Source: Gemmatimonadota bacterium
Lineage (GTDB): Bacteria > Gemmatimonadota > Gemmatimonadetes > Palauibacterales > KS3-K002
Reading direction: 5' to 3'
Length of the DNA stretch: 64,000 nt
Assembly: GCA_036475815.1 (NCBI GenBank)
Contig: JAZGAL010000090.1
Location: 1,613-65,612 of the forward strand
Shown: positions 1-8,690 of the stretch, piece after piece
Position numbering within the stretch: the stretch's first letter is position 1
Layout: every line of letters begins with the position of its first letter
Made by a program: the position numbers and the translations under genes
Notes under the pieces: generated by a model
The model's database searches: none
Seen by the model: the letters and a program-made list of their open reading frames with translations, nothing else
Told to the model about the DNA's origin: nothing

Positions 1-1
1 C

Positions 2-262
2 CGCATCCTCCAGGAGCGTCGCCCTGGGCTAGCATTCTATCTGGCGGGCGCCGATCCCTATAGAGATGACCAGCTCGGTGGGCTCAACCTGACCCTCGAT
101 GGGCTGCGGCAGCGCGATGAGCTGATTCTCCAGACCCTTAGCGCTGCCGCTGTGCCCACCGCCGTAGTGCTGGCTGGTGGCTACGCGCGCCGCTTCGACG
201 ACACGGTGGAGATCCACTGCGAGACGGTTCGTGCTGCCCGGCGCGAGCTTGAGCGGCCTTGA
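2..262 (+). CDS. histone deacetylase-family (arginase/deacetylase fold) protein, C-terminal fragment; the 5' end lies outside the window
   Basis: Frame 2 is open from the window edge to TGA at 260-262. The translation ...AFYLAGADPYRDDQLGGLNLTLDGLRQRDELIL...VVLAGGYARRFDDTVEIH resembles the conserved C-terminal part of HDAC/AcuC-like enzymes. Confidence 0.7.
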   Translation, partial: RILQERRPGLAFYLAGADPYRDDQLGGLNLTLDGLRQRDELILQTLSAAAVPTAVVLAGGYARRFDDTVEIHCETVRAARRELERP

Positions 263-271
263 CGGAGAAGT

Positions 272-1339
272 GTGGAACTGATGCTTGCCGTTCTGACCCT
301 GGCCTGTCTCACCGTCGCTCTGCCTGCTCCTTCTCTTCCTACGCCGACGCTCCTGCAACAGGAGCAGGTCGCCGACGGACAGGCACGCACCGCGCACCTG
401 GAGATCGATTACCCGCAGGGTGAGGAGGAGCGAGTCAGGGAGTTTCTCGGCTACGCCGAGGAGGTATACGCCACTGTGGATTCGCTCATGGACGGCGCGC
501 TGCCTTCTGCCATTCGCATCAGCCTGGTCAGTACGGGATCGAGCGGTGCCACGCCCGAGGCCATCGTCCTCAGCCTTCAGCAAGAGCGTTACGTGGAACC
601 CATTCTTGCTCGGGAGCTGGTCCGCCTGGCGGGGCGTGAGATCGCCGGCGCTGTCTACGACGCGGAGGGCTACCGCTTCTTCACCGAGGGGCTGGCCGCG
701 TGGGTGGGGGAGAGCTACGAGCGTCGGCTCGGCTCCGTCGAACCGCGCTGGCTCTGGGCCACCTACGCCTACATGGAGGAGGCGACCTACCTGGAATACC
801 TGGAGGCGTACAGCCGCGCGAGCGAGGACTTGGGGAAGAACGTGGTGAACGCCGTCGGCTACACGTTCGTTTCGCATCTCATCGATCGGCACGGTTGGGA
901 TGGTGTGAGGTCGCTGCTTGGCGCCATGGCGGATAACGTCGATATCTGCTCCGCACTGGACGACGCCGGATTCGATTGCCCGGGCCTTTGGCGGAGCTGG
1001 CAGGCGGTGCTGGAGACCGAGGCGGCAAAGCACGACTTCTCGATGCTGCCGGAGGCATTTGCCGACCTCCGGGTGAGCGGGGAAGGTGAGCTTCGCGAGG
1101 TGAGCCTGCGGGTGTTCATCCGCAATCCCGAGACGACGAGCTACCTGTTTTTCGTCTCCTACGTGATCGACGGCGAGCGTGCGGAGGAGTCCTACCCCGC
1201 CGACGGTAGCGACTTCGAGGCCCTGGTCCCGCTGGGCCGGATCCCGGTTGGAACGAAAGTTCTCTGGCAGGTGGCGGTCTGGTCCAGGACCGTCCAGGCC
1301 TGGAGGAAAAGCGGCTGGCAGGACCGAATTATTCGGTGA
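272..1339 (+). CDS. hypothetical exported protein
   Basis: 355-aa ORF with a hydrophobic N-terminus (MELMLAVLTLACLTVALPAP). I recognise no family. Antisense ORFs here look like GC-driven shadows. Confidence 0.55.
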   Translation: MELMLAVLTLACLTVALPAPSLPTPTLLQQEQVADGQARTAHLEIDYPQGEEERVREFLGYAEEVYATVDSLMDGALPSAIRISLVSTGSSGATPEAIVLSLQQERYVEPILARELVRLAGREIAGAVYDAEGYRFFTEGLAAWVGESYERRLGSVEPRWLWATYAYMEEATYLEYLEAYSRASEDLGKNVVNAVGYTFVSHLIDRHGWDGVRSLLGAMADNVDICSALDDAGFDCPGLWRSWQAVLETEAAKHDFSMLPEAFADLRVSGEGELREVSLRVFIRNPETTSYLFFVSYVIDGERAEESYPADGSDFEALVPLGRIPVGTKVLWQVAVWSRTVQAWRKSGWQDRIIR

Positions 1340-1389
1340 GGCGCGCGTGGGTGATCAGTCTGCTCCTTGCGAGCCGCGTGGGAAGCTCT

Positions 1390-1468
1390 AACCTGCTGGG
1401 GAGCTTCCGGCTGAGATCAGACCCTGGGAACCTGATCCGGGTAATGCCGGCGCAGGGAGTCAGCCAAC
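1390..1468 (+). promoter_or_regulatory. TPP (THI-box) riboswitch aptamer
   Basis: The sequence reads GGGGAGC..GGCTGAGATCAGACCCTGGGAACCTGATCCGGGTAATGCCGGCGCAGGGAG. CTGAGA is at 1411-1416 and ACCC..GAACCTGATC.GG.TAATGCC.GCG.AGGGA at 1421-1459, matching the conserved THI-box core. It sits about 60 nt upstream of a TenA gene. Confidence 0.85.
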
Positions 1469-1529
1469 CCCCTCCATCTCTCCTTGCTCTCGTTTCGACG
1501 TCGTCCCCTACGATGCAGAGAGGACCATC

Positions 1530-2195
1530 ATGAGTTTCTGTCAGGAACAGCTCGCCACGGTGCTTCCGATCTGGGAACGGATGCTCGACCATCGTTTCCT
1601 GAAAGAGACACGAGACGGTACCATCGCGAATGAGACGTTCGCCAACTGGATGCAGCAGGATTATCTGTTCGTTGAGGCCGCCATCCCATTCATCGCGGCG
1701 CTGATGCCTAAAGCGCCGGCGGATCATCGAGCAGCGCTGGGCCAGGCGCTTCCCGTCCTCGAGAGGGAGCTGGATCTCTTTCGGGAACGGGCTAAGACAG
1801 CGGGCGTGGACTTGAGGAACGTGGAGCCGTCTTTCACAAACCATGCCTACATCCAGTTCCTGTTGGCGAGCGCGTACAGCAAGTCTTATGGAGAGGCGTA
1901 CACCGTGCTGTACGTAGCGGAGAAGGCCTACTACGACTCGTGGATGGTCGTCAGGGCGGGCATCGACAAGCGCTCGGTCTGGTATCCGTTTGTGGAGAAC
2001 TGGACCAGCGAGGCCTTTGCCGGCTGGGTCGATTACCTGGCGAAGGAGCTGGATGCGTTGGCGGAGGAAGCGGGCCCGGCGGAGCGTGCGCGGATGGCCC
2101 AGCTCTTCGAGCTGACGGCGAAGTACGAGCTCGCCTTCTGGGAGATGGCGGCGAGTGGTGGAGGATGGCCCGGACTAGAAGGAGAGGCTTCGTGA
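1530..2195 (+). CDS. TenA/thiaminase II-family protein lacking the catalytic Cys (TenA_E-like)
   Basis: 221 aa. TenA-like helices are present (FLKETRDGTIANETFANWMQQDYLFV ... YELAFWEMA). It has YVAEKAYY where the downstream paralogue has LLPCAWGY. An AGAGAGG SD-like element lies just upstream. Confidence 0.8.
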   Translation: MSFCQEQLATVLPIWERMLDHRFLKETRDGTIANETFANWMQQDYLFVEAAIPFIAALMPKAPADHRAALGQALPVLERELDLFRERAKTAGVDLRNVEPSFTNHAYIQFLLASAYSKSYGEAYTVLYVAEKAYYDSWMVVRAGIDKRSVWYPFVENWTSEAFAGWVDYLAKELDALAEEAGPAERARMAQLFELTAKYELAFWEMAASGGGWPGLEGEAS

Positions 2196-2881
2196 TAGAG
2201 TTCACTGACGAACTGCAATCAGCGGCGCGGCCGATTTGGGAGGCGCAGCTGCGGCATCCCTTCGTCAAGGGGATCGGAGACGGCTCGCTGGATGAGGAAC
2301 GCTTCAAACGGTGGGTGCTTCAGGACTATCTCTATCTGAAGGAGTTCGCCCGGGTCTTCGCCTGGGCGGTCGCGAAGTCTTCGCGGCTCGATTCGATGGG
2401 CTGGTACGCAGCGGTGCTCAACCTGACGCTCAACACCGAGATGGGGCTCCACCGTCAGTACGCCGCTCGTTTCGGCCTGACGCCGAACGACCTGGAGCGA
2501 GCGCCCATGTGGCCGACAACGCGGGCGTACACGGACTTCCTGGTTCGTACTGCGGCAGACGGCGACATGGCTGACCTGGTGGCGGCGCTGCTCCCGTGCG
2601 CCTGGGGCTATGTCCAGGTGGCGCAGGAGCTGTCGAAGGCGAGGCCGCCGGAGGACCAGCGTTACGCAGACTGGATCGCCCAATATTCCTCCGATGAGTT
2701 CGCCGAGGCCGCCGCCTGGTTGAGGGGCGAGATGAACTGGCTGGCCGGCGCTCTGCCGCCTGAAAAGAAGAACAAGCTCATCGAGCTTTTCGTGCTGTCC
2801 AGCACGTACGAGTACCAGTTCTGGGAGATGTGCTGGAAGGGTGAAGAGTGGCCGGCAGGGTACGCGCCCGGTACCGAGTGA
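2192..2881 (+). CDS. tenA: aminopyrimidine aminohydrolase TenA (Cys-containing, TenA_C-like)
   Basis: The GTG at 2192 overlaps the upstream stop (GTGA). Translation is VIEFTDELQSAARPIWEAQLRHPFVKGIGDGSLDEERFKRWVLQDYLYL...LLPCAWGY...YEYQFWEM. The longer track ORF (1940..) overlaps the first TenA and is rejected as an extension. Confidence 0.85.
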   Translation: MIEFTDELQSAARPIWEAQLRHPFVKGIGDGSLDEERFKRWVLQDYLYLKEFARVFAWAVAKSSRLDSMGWYAAVLNLTLNTEMGLHRQYAARFGLTPNDLERAPMWPTTRAYTDFLVRTAADGDMADLVAALLPCAWGYVQVAQELSKARPPEDQRYADWIAQYSSDEFAEAAAWLRGEMNWLAGALPPEKKNKLIELFVLSSTYEYQFWEMCWKGEEWPAGYAPGTE

Positions 2882-2976
2882 GGGAGAACTGGCGATCCCT
2901 GCGGCACCGGGCGCATGCACGGGGCGGTAAGTAAACCGCGTGGCGCGTCTGAGGGTTCCCGGAGCCAGGAGGCCTG

Positions 2977-3924
2977 TTAGACCAGTGTTTCCCAGGTGAT
3001 CTGGGCGATGGCCGCGTCCTGAGCCCCCACTCCGGTGAGATCGCAGACGATCAGCTCGTCCCCCTCGCGGCCGGGCTTGTCACCGATCAGCACCTCTCCC
3101 AGCTCGGCGTGGACCGAGGATCGCGTGAGAACGCCCTCGTCGAGGGCGTGGTGAACCTCGCCCAGGGCGACGCATTGGCTCAACCGGTCCACCACGATCT
3201 TGTCGGCCCGCGCCAGCACCTCCGTTGGAATCTCCTGTTTGTCGGGTCCATCGGAACCTACGGCTATCACCGTGGCGTGATCACCCAGCGCTGAGGGGTC
3301 GAACAGCGGTTCCCGGCTCGCCGTAACGGTGATGACGAGGTCTGCGCCGCGCAGCGCCTCTTCGGGGCTCTTCGCCGCAACGAACCGCATCCCCAGCTCG
3401 TCTCCCATCTCCGCGCAGTAAGCCGCCAGCCTCTCGGGGTTGCGGCTCCAGGCGATGGTTCGATCCCAGCCACGCACCTGGGCGAGGGCTCGGAGTTGGT
3501 AACGCGCCTGCATCCCGCTGCCGAGAACGGCCACCTTGCCGAGCGGGTCCATCGCCAGCAGGCGGGCGGCTAGCGCACCGGCAGCGGCCGTGCGCAGATC
3601 GGTGAGATAGCCGTTGTCGTCCAATAGGACCGAGGGGAACCCGGTCTCGGCGTCGAACACCAGGATTAAACCGGCGCCGGTGGGGAGGCCGCGGGCCGCG
3701 TTTTGATAGAAGCCGGACGCGATCTTCACGGCGAAGATCGGCGAGCCCTTCAGGTACGCGCACTTCACATGCACTTCGCCCTCGACTTCCGGAATGTCGA
3801 GGCCGATGGGCGGCGGAAGTTCTACGCGGTCCTCGGCCAGCGCGCGAAACGCGTTCTCGGCGGAAGCCAGCGCCTCTCGCTCCCTTATCGCGGCGCGGAT
3901 GGTCTGCTCATCTATTATCTGCAT
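2977..3924 (-). CDS. ornithine cyclodeaminase / mu-crystallin family protein
   Basis: 315 aa with typical OCD-family features: FAVKIASGFYQN, TDLRTAAAGALAARLLA, VAVLGSGMQARYQL Rossmann motif. GAGGTG SD upstream. Confidence 0.85.
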   Translation of the reverse strand: MQIIDEQTIRAAIREREALASAENAFRALAEDRVELPPPIGLDIPEVEGEVHVKCAYLKGSPIFAVKIASGFYQNAARGLPTGAGLILVFDAETGFPSVLLDDNGYLTDLRTAAAGALAARLLAMDPLGKVAVLGSGMQARYQLRALAQVRGWDRTIAWSRNPERLAAYCAEMGDELGMRFVAAKSPEEALRGADLVITVTASREPLFDPSALGDHATVIAVGSDGPDKQEIPTEVLARADKIVVDRLSQCVALGEVHHALDEGVLTRSSVHAELGEVLIGDKPGREGDELIVCDLTGVGAQDAAIAQITWETLV

Positions 3925-3946
3925 AGTCGCACCTCGACAGGCCGTT

Positions 3947-4478
3947 CTACAGGTAATACCGCATGATTGGCCGCGTCTCCGAGCGCCGCGCCACCTCCTC
4001 GAAGCCAGCGGCGCGATAGGCCGATGCGATCCCTGTCCAGGCGAAGGCGTCGGGCATCTTGTCCTTCTTCGGCTCCACGGGGTAGCCCTCGAGAATGCCG
4101 GCCCCTTGTTTCTTCGCGTACCTCATCGCCGCCTCAAGCAGGCGACGCGAGATGCCCATGCGGCGCGATTCCCTAGCCACAAATAGACACACCACCGACC
4201 AGACCGGCTCGTCGTCGACCGGCCTCAGGATCCGGGATCTGTCCAGCCTCGGGAAAACGTCGCGCGGCCGCACGGCGCACCAGCCCACGGGCTGCTCGCC
4301 GGCGTAGGCGAGGAGCCCCGGGACCTCGCCGCCGGCGACGATTCGCCTGAAAGCCCGCTTGTTGGCAGCGCCCTTCTGTGAGCCGCCACCACATGCACCA
4401 ACAGCCGCCGCATGCGCCGAAAAGACGCTCCAGATCGGGCCAGAGGTCGGGCGTGAGCGGACAAATCTTGATCTTCAT
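3947..4478 (-). pseudogene. GNAT-family N-acetyltransferase, frame-disrupted
   Basis: The N-terminal half (MKIKICPLTPDLWPDLERLFGACGGCWCMWWRL, from 4478) is in one frame. The remainder (QKGAANKRAFRRIVAGGEVPGLLAYAGEQPVGWCAVRPRD...RRMGISRRLLEAA...) is in another. The junction is near 4376-4382, and no start codon is available in the second frame upstream of 4288. Confidence 0.6.
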
Positions 4479-4630
4479 GGGCGAGCTCATCTCTCTCGTG
4501 TCGTGCCAATCAACATAAGGCGTCGTCATGATCGCCTCCACTCGGTTGCGGCGGCCGGTTGGTAAAGCGCATCTTGACACAGTCTCTCTGCACTTCGAGC
4601 GAGCGCCCCAGGAACCAACCCACCGGAGCG

Positions 4631-6307
4631 ATGACGAACGCACGCGAGCCGTTGAAGACTCTCACGCCGGCGGACTACCAACCCCCGCTTCCGTTGGACC
4701 GCCTCATCCTGGAAGAGCCCCCCGACGAGGAGGCGGTGCCGATGGATGTCCTGTTCGTCGGCGGCGGCCCCGCCGGTCTGGCCGGCGCCATCGAGCTGGC
4801 CCGGCTTGTCAGACAGGACGCTGAGCAGGGTGGTGACCTCGGCGAGCTGGAGATCGGTGTTCTGGAGAAGGCAGAGTCGCTGGGCGAGCATTGCCTGTCC
4901 GGCGCGATCGTGAATCCGGGTCCCTTGCGGGAGCTGTTCCCGGACGTGCCCGCGGATGAGCTGCCGTTCCGGCGGCAGGCTCCAGCGGACCGGGTCTATA
5001 TGCTCTCGGAGCGGGGGAAACGGCGGATCCCCACGCCGCGCACCATGCACAACGAGGGGAACTATGTGGCCTCGATCTGCGAGATCGTGCGCTGGATGGG
5101 AGAGCGGGCGGAGGCAGCCGGCGTGAACGTGTTCACCGGCTTTCCGGCGGAGTCGATGCTGGTGGATGGGAACCGGGTCGTCGGCATCCGCACCACGCCG
5201 GCGGGCCTCGATCGGGAAGGGAAGCCCGGGAGCGGGTACGTGCCGCCTACCGATGTGACGGCGCGTGTGACGGTACTGGCGGAAGGCACGCGCGGCCCGC
5301 TCACGCAGGCCTACCTGACCTGGCAGCAGATCAGGTCGGCGAACCCGCAGATCTACGCCCTCGGTGTGAAAGAGCTGTGGCAAGTGAAACGGCCGCTGGA
5401 GCACGTGATCCATACGATGGGCTGGCCGCTTCCCAAGGATGCGTTCGGCGGCAGCTGGCTCTATCCGATGGCCGGCGATCTGATCTCCCTGGGCCTCGTG
5501 GTGGGCCTCGACTACCGGCAGACCTCGCTTGATGTGCACGTGTTGTTGCAGCGGCTGAAGGAGCATCCTCTGGTCGCTCCGTATCTGGAGGGCGGGGAAC
5601 TGGTCGAATGGGGTGCGAAGACGATCCCGGAGGGTGGTTACTACGCCATCCCGGAGCGGATGCACGGCGACGGCCTGCTGATCGCCGGTGATGCCGCGGG
5701 CCTGGTGGATGTCCCATCTCTGAAGGGGATCCACTACGCCGTCCAGTCGGGAATCTTCGCTGCCCGCACGATCTTCGAGTCGCTCAAACGAGACGATATT
5801 TCGGCGGCGGGGTTGGCCGGCTACGACGCGTTGGTTCGCGATAGCTTCGTCGGCAGGGACCTCTACAAGACCCGCAACACGCGGCTCGCCTTCAAGTCGG
5901 GATTCTACGGTGGTGGAGTGAAGGCGGTGTTGATGGCGGCCACGGGCGGCGTCCTCTTCGGGGGCCGCATCGCGGTGCCTGCGGATGCCGAGGAGCCGCG
6001 CCGGGTGACGCCGGCGGCGGAGTTCGTCCCCGACGGCGTCCTGACGGTGAGCAAAGTGGATGCCGTGTTCCGATCGGGAAACACGACGCGTGACGACATC
6101 CCGTCGCACCTCATCGTGGGCGAGGATGTGCCGCCGGAGGTCGCGGAGCTGTACCAGCATATGTGTCCGGCCGCGGTGTACGAACGCGACGGCGACGAGC
6201 TGGTCGTCAACGCACCGAACTGTATCGACTGCAAGGCGACGGACGTGCTCGGGCCACGCTGGACTGCGCGGGAAGGTGGCAGCGGTCCGAGTTACAAACG
6301 CATGTAG
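4631..6307 (+). CDS. electron-transfer flavoprotein:ubiquinone oxidoreductase (ETF-QO)
   Basis: FAD motif DVLFVGGGPAGLAGAIELA and C-terminal 4Fe-4S region CPAAVYE...NAPNCIDCKATDV. Start chosen at ATG 4631 (MTNAREPL); the track ORF begins at 4559. Confidence 0.9.
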   Translation: MTNAREPLKTLTPADYQPPLPLDRLILEEPPDEEAVPMDVLFVGGGPAGLAGAIELARLVRQDAEQGGDLGELEIGVLEKAESLGEHCLSGAIVNPGPLRELFPDVPADELPFRRQAPADRVYMLSERGKRRIPTPRTMHNEGNYVASICEIVRWMGERAEAAGVNVFTGFPAESMLVDGNRVVGIRTTPAGLDREGKPGSGYVPPTDVTARVTVLAEGTRGPLTQAYLTWQQIRSANPQIYALGVKELWQVKRPLEHVIHTMGWPLPKDAFGGSWLYPMAGDLISLGLVVGLDYRQTSLDVHVLLQRLKEHPLVAPYLEGGELVEWGAKTIPEGGYYAIPERMHGDGLLIAGDAAGLVDVPSLKGIHYAVQSGIFAARTIFESLKRDDISAAGLAGYDALVRDSFVGRDLYKTRNTRLAFKSGFYGGGVKAVLMAATGGVLFGGRIAVPADAEEPRRVTPAAEFVPDGVLTVSKVDAVFRSGNTTRDDIPSHLIVGEDVPPEVAELYQHMCPAAVYERDGDELVVNAPNCIDCKATDVLGPRWTAREGGSGPSYKRM

Positions 6308-6325
6308 CGGAGGAACCTTACACCC

Positions 6326-6949
6326 ATGCTATTAGCCACTCTGATCCTTACGCTCGCATTCTTCGCCGCGCCGCTGCCGGCGCAGGAGCTGGAGCGGCCC
6401 ACTGAATGGAAGGTGCGGTTCGACCGGCCGGCGCCCGATTCGGCCGTCTACTTCGTGTCGATGCCGCCGGGTTGGCACATCACTACCGGGCCGGCGTGCA
6501 TTCTGTTCGACCCGGCGCAGGCGGCCGCGGGCGAGTTTCGGCTCGAGTCGAAGATCTACCTGTTTCCTGGAGAACGTAGGGAGGGATTCGGCATCTTCAT
6601 CGGCGGTGAGAACCTGGACAAGGACAATCAGTCGTACCTGTACTTCCTGATTCGCAAGGATGGGCGCTTTCTGATCAAGCATCGGGCGGGAAGCGAGACG
6701 CACACGATCATCCCGTGGACGGAGAACTCGGCCATCGTGAAACACCCCGGTGGCGATGAGAGGGTGGAGAACGTCCTGAGCATCGATGCCGGAGCGGAAG
6801 AGGTGGATTTCCTGGTCAATGGAGCGAAAGTGGCGAGCCTTCCGCGCGCCCAGATGAACGTGGACGGGATTGTGGGGCTGAGGGTCAACCACGGGCTCAA
6901 CCTTCACGTCGCCGAGCTGACGGTCAGGCCGAAGGGCGGCGGCCGCTAG
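6326..6949 (+). CDS. secreted protein, possibly DUF1080/LamG-like jelly-roll
   Basis: Signal peptide MLLATLILTLAFFAAPLPAQE. Beta-rich sequence ending ...DGIVGLRVNHGLNLHVAELTV. The family call comes from general resemblance only. Confidence 0.5.
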   Translation: MLLATLILTLAFFAAPLPAQELERPTEWKVRFDRPAPDSAVYFVSMPPGWHITTGPACILFDPAQAAAGEFRLESKIYLFPGERREGFGIFIGGENLDKDNQSYLYFLIRKDGRFLIKHRAGSETHTIIPWTENSAIVKHPGGDERVENVLSIDAGAEEVDFLVNGAKVASLPRAQMNVDGIVGLRVNHGLNLHVAELTVRPKGGGR

Positions 6950-7782
6950 CCCTGGAAGCCACCTTTCTGAATGATGGCCGCGAGGTCCATGGTGATCCCG
7001 ACGGCCCAGTGCAGTAGCGCTCCAAAGAGCCAGCTGCGGGTTTTCAATGCCAGATAGCCGAGAAGCAGGCCGGCCGGGATCGCGGCGAACACCTCGAGCG
7101 GCGGCTTGCCGAAGTGAACCATCGAGTACGGGATGACCATGACCAGGAGCGCGTAGTAGCCGAAACGCTCGAAGAGCCCGAAGGTCAAGAAGCCGCGGAA
7201 GAACGCCTCGACGCCCATGAACTGAATTCCGTAGGCGACCTGGTAGAATAGGAAATGATCCCAACCCAGTATGGCGCCCTTGTAGAGCGGGTACTTGGCC
7301 TGAAAGCCTTCCGTGAAGCTCACCGCCACGACGACAGGTACCATCAGGGCGAATAGGCCGAGGTAAGCCCAGGCGTGCCTGGTGATTCCCCGCACACGAT
7401 AGCCGAAATCGCGGGGTCGCTCGCGCAGGATGAGCCAGATGACAAGGCAAGGGACGGCGATCCTGACCAGCACGCTGGTCGCGGCCCAGTACAGGTAGGG
7501 GAGCAAAGAATAATACTCGCTGCCGGGCTCCAGACCGAGGGTCCGGCCCGCGCCCACGAGTAAGTGCAGCTTGAAATATCCCGGACGGCCCCAGATCCCG
7601 TAGGCCAGGAGGAGGATGCAAGCCGTGATGAGCGTCACCAGCGCCCGGCGGTCGGCCGGAGAGCCGGTGCCGATCGACCCGAGGTCCCCTACGAACCGCC
7701 GGCCTAAGCTCAACGAAGAGGAGTCCTTGCTTGCCGCCGGCCGTTGACGAGGAGTGTGGCCATAAACACAAGATCTGGGCAT
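6946..7782 (-). CDS. CPBP family intramembrane glutamic endopeptidase (CAAX protease/Abi-like)
   Basis: Multi-TM protein with motif 1 GVEAFFRGF, motif 2 YSMVHF and motif 3 LLHWAVGITMD. Start is uncertain. Confidence 0.75.
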   Translation of the reverse strand: MPRSCVYGHTPRQRPAASKDSSSLSLGRRFVGDLGSIGTGSPADRRALVTLITACILLLAYGIWGRPGYFKLHLLVGAGRTLGLEPGSEYYSLLPYLYWAATSVLVRIAVPCLVIWLILRERPRDFGYRVRGITRHAWAYLGLFALMVPVVVAVSFTEGFQAKYPLYKGAILGWDHFLFYQVAYGIQFMGVEAFFRGFLTFGLFERFGYYALLVMVIPYSMVHFGKPPLEVFAAIPAGLLLGYLALKTRSWLFGALLHWAVGITMDLAAIIQKGGFQG

Positions 7783-7844
7783 CCAGCCAACGAAACAAGG
7801 GATTGCGTTCCGATTCGGAATTTGCTAGAAATCCCGTTGGAACC

Positions 7845-8540
7845 ATGCGAGTGATCGGTTTGCTTGGCGGGATGAGCTGGGAGTCGACGGCGGAGTACTA
7901 CCGCATCATCAATCAGGAGGTGCGGGGCCGCTTGGGCGGGCAGCACTCCGCGAAAATCCTGATGTACAGCGTCGACTTCGAGGAGATCGAACGGCTGCAG
8001 GATGCCGGTGAGTGGGGGAGGGCGGGTGAGTTGCTGGCCGAAGAGGCCAGGCGGCTCGAGCGCGGTGGGGCCGACTTCCTTCTCCTCTGCACCAACACCA
8101 TGCACAAGGTGGCACCGGCGATCGAGGCGGCGGTCGACATCCCGCTGGTCCACATCGCCGATGCCGTCGCCGAACGGATCGCAGAAGCGGGCTCAAGCTG
8201 CGTCGGTCTCCTGGGCACGCGCTTCACCATGGAGGAGAGCTTCTACAAGGGGCGCCTGTCGGAGAAACACGGCCTTCAGGTCCTGGTGCCCGGAGAGGAT
8301 GAGCGCGCCTTCGTGGACCGGGTCATCTACGAGGAGCTCTGCCAGGGTCAGATCCGAGAGCAATCGCGCCGCGGGTACGTCCGGATCATCGAGGGACTAG
8401 CGGAGCGAGGCGCCGAGGGCGTGATCCTGGGCTGCACGGAGATCGGGCTGCTGATCAGCCCGGAGGATTCCCCATTGCCGGTCTTCGATACGGCTCGGGT
8501 CCACGCGGAGAAGGCTGTGGGGCTGGCGCTGAGCCACTAA
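7845..8540 (+). CDS. aspartate/glutamate racemase family protein
   Basis: MRVIGLLGGMSWESTAEYYR, with two catalytic-Cys motifs LLLCTNTMH and ILGCTEIGLL. Start chosen at ATG 7845. Confidence 0.85.
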   Translation: MRVIGLLGGMSWESTAEYYRIINQEVRGRLGGQHSAKILMYSVDFEEIERLQDAGEWGRAGELLAEEARRLERGGADFLLLCTNTMHKVAPAIEAAVDIPLVHIADAVAERIAEAGSSCVGLLGTRFTMEESFYKGRLSEKHGLQVLVPGEDERAFVDRVIYEELCQGQIREQSRRGYVRIIEGLAERGAEGVILGCTEIGLLISPEDSPLPVFDTARVHAEKAVGLALSH

Positions 8541-8586
8541 CAGCCAGTCGCGTAATCCATTCTGTCCACAGGCAGGGCATCTAGGA

Positions 8587-8621
8587 GAATATTGACAGGA
8601 ATATTGTCATAGTGGTAATAT
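8587..8621 (+). promoter_or_regulatory. sigma70-type promoter with an embedded repeat (putative MarR operator)
   Basis: AT-rich island containing TTGACA (8592-8597), an 18-nt spacer and TAATAT (8616-8621). Direct repeat GAATATTGACA/GAATATTGTCA and inverted repeat TGACA-N7-TGTCA overlap the -35 and spacer. It lies 70 nt upstream of the MarR gene. Confidence 0.4.
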
Positions 8622-8690
8622 ACTTGGCATAGCGTCGAGGCGGCGCCGTAGACGGCGCCATTTCAGCTTTTTCTCAGTAGGGGTTGGCTG

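Noticed and set aside
1323-1337. A perfect palindrome ACCGAAT/ATTCGGT at the end of the 272-1339 gene was considered as a terminator.
   Set aside because: It has no loop or U-tract and lies within the last codons of the gene. It probably has no terminator function, since the riboswitch leader starts right after.
4526-6160. Very long ORFs antisense to, or out of frame with, well-supported genes. Examples: 4526-6160(-), 6332-7846(-), 12836-13924(-), 13749-15056(-), 21228-22259(-), 22266-23864(-), 33051-33893(-), 47993-49138(+), 56288-57352(-).
   Set aside because: Their translations are Arg/Pro/Gly/His-rich with no motifs. They fully overlap genes with strong family signatures (ETF-QO, typA, rho, RND, hutH, BNR, ftsH). 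Such shadow ORFs are expected in GC-rich DNA.
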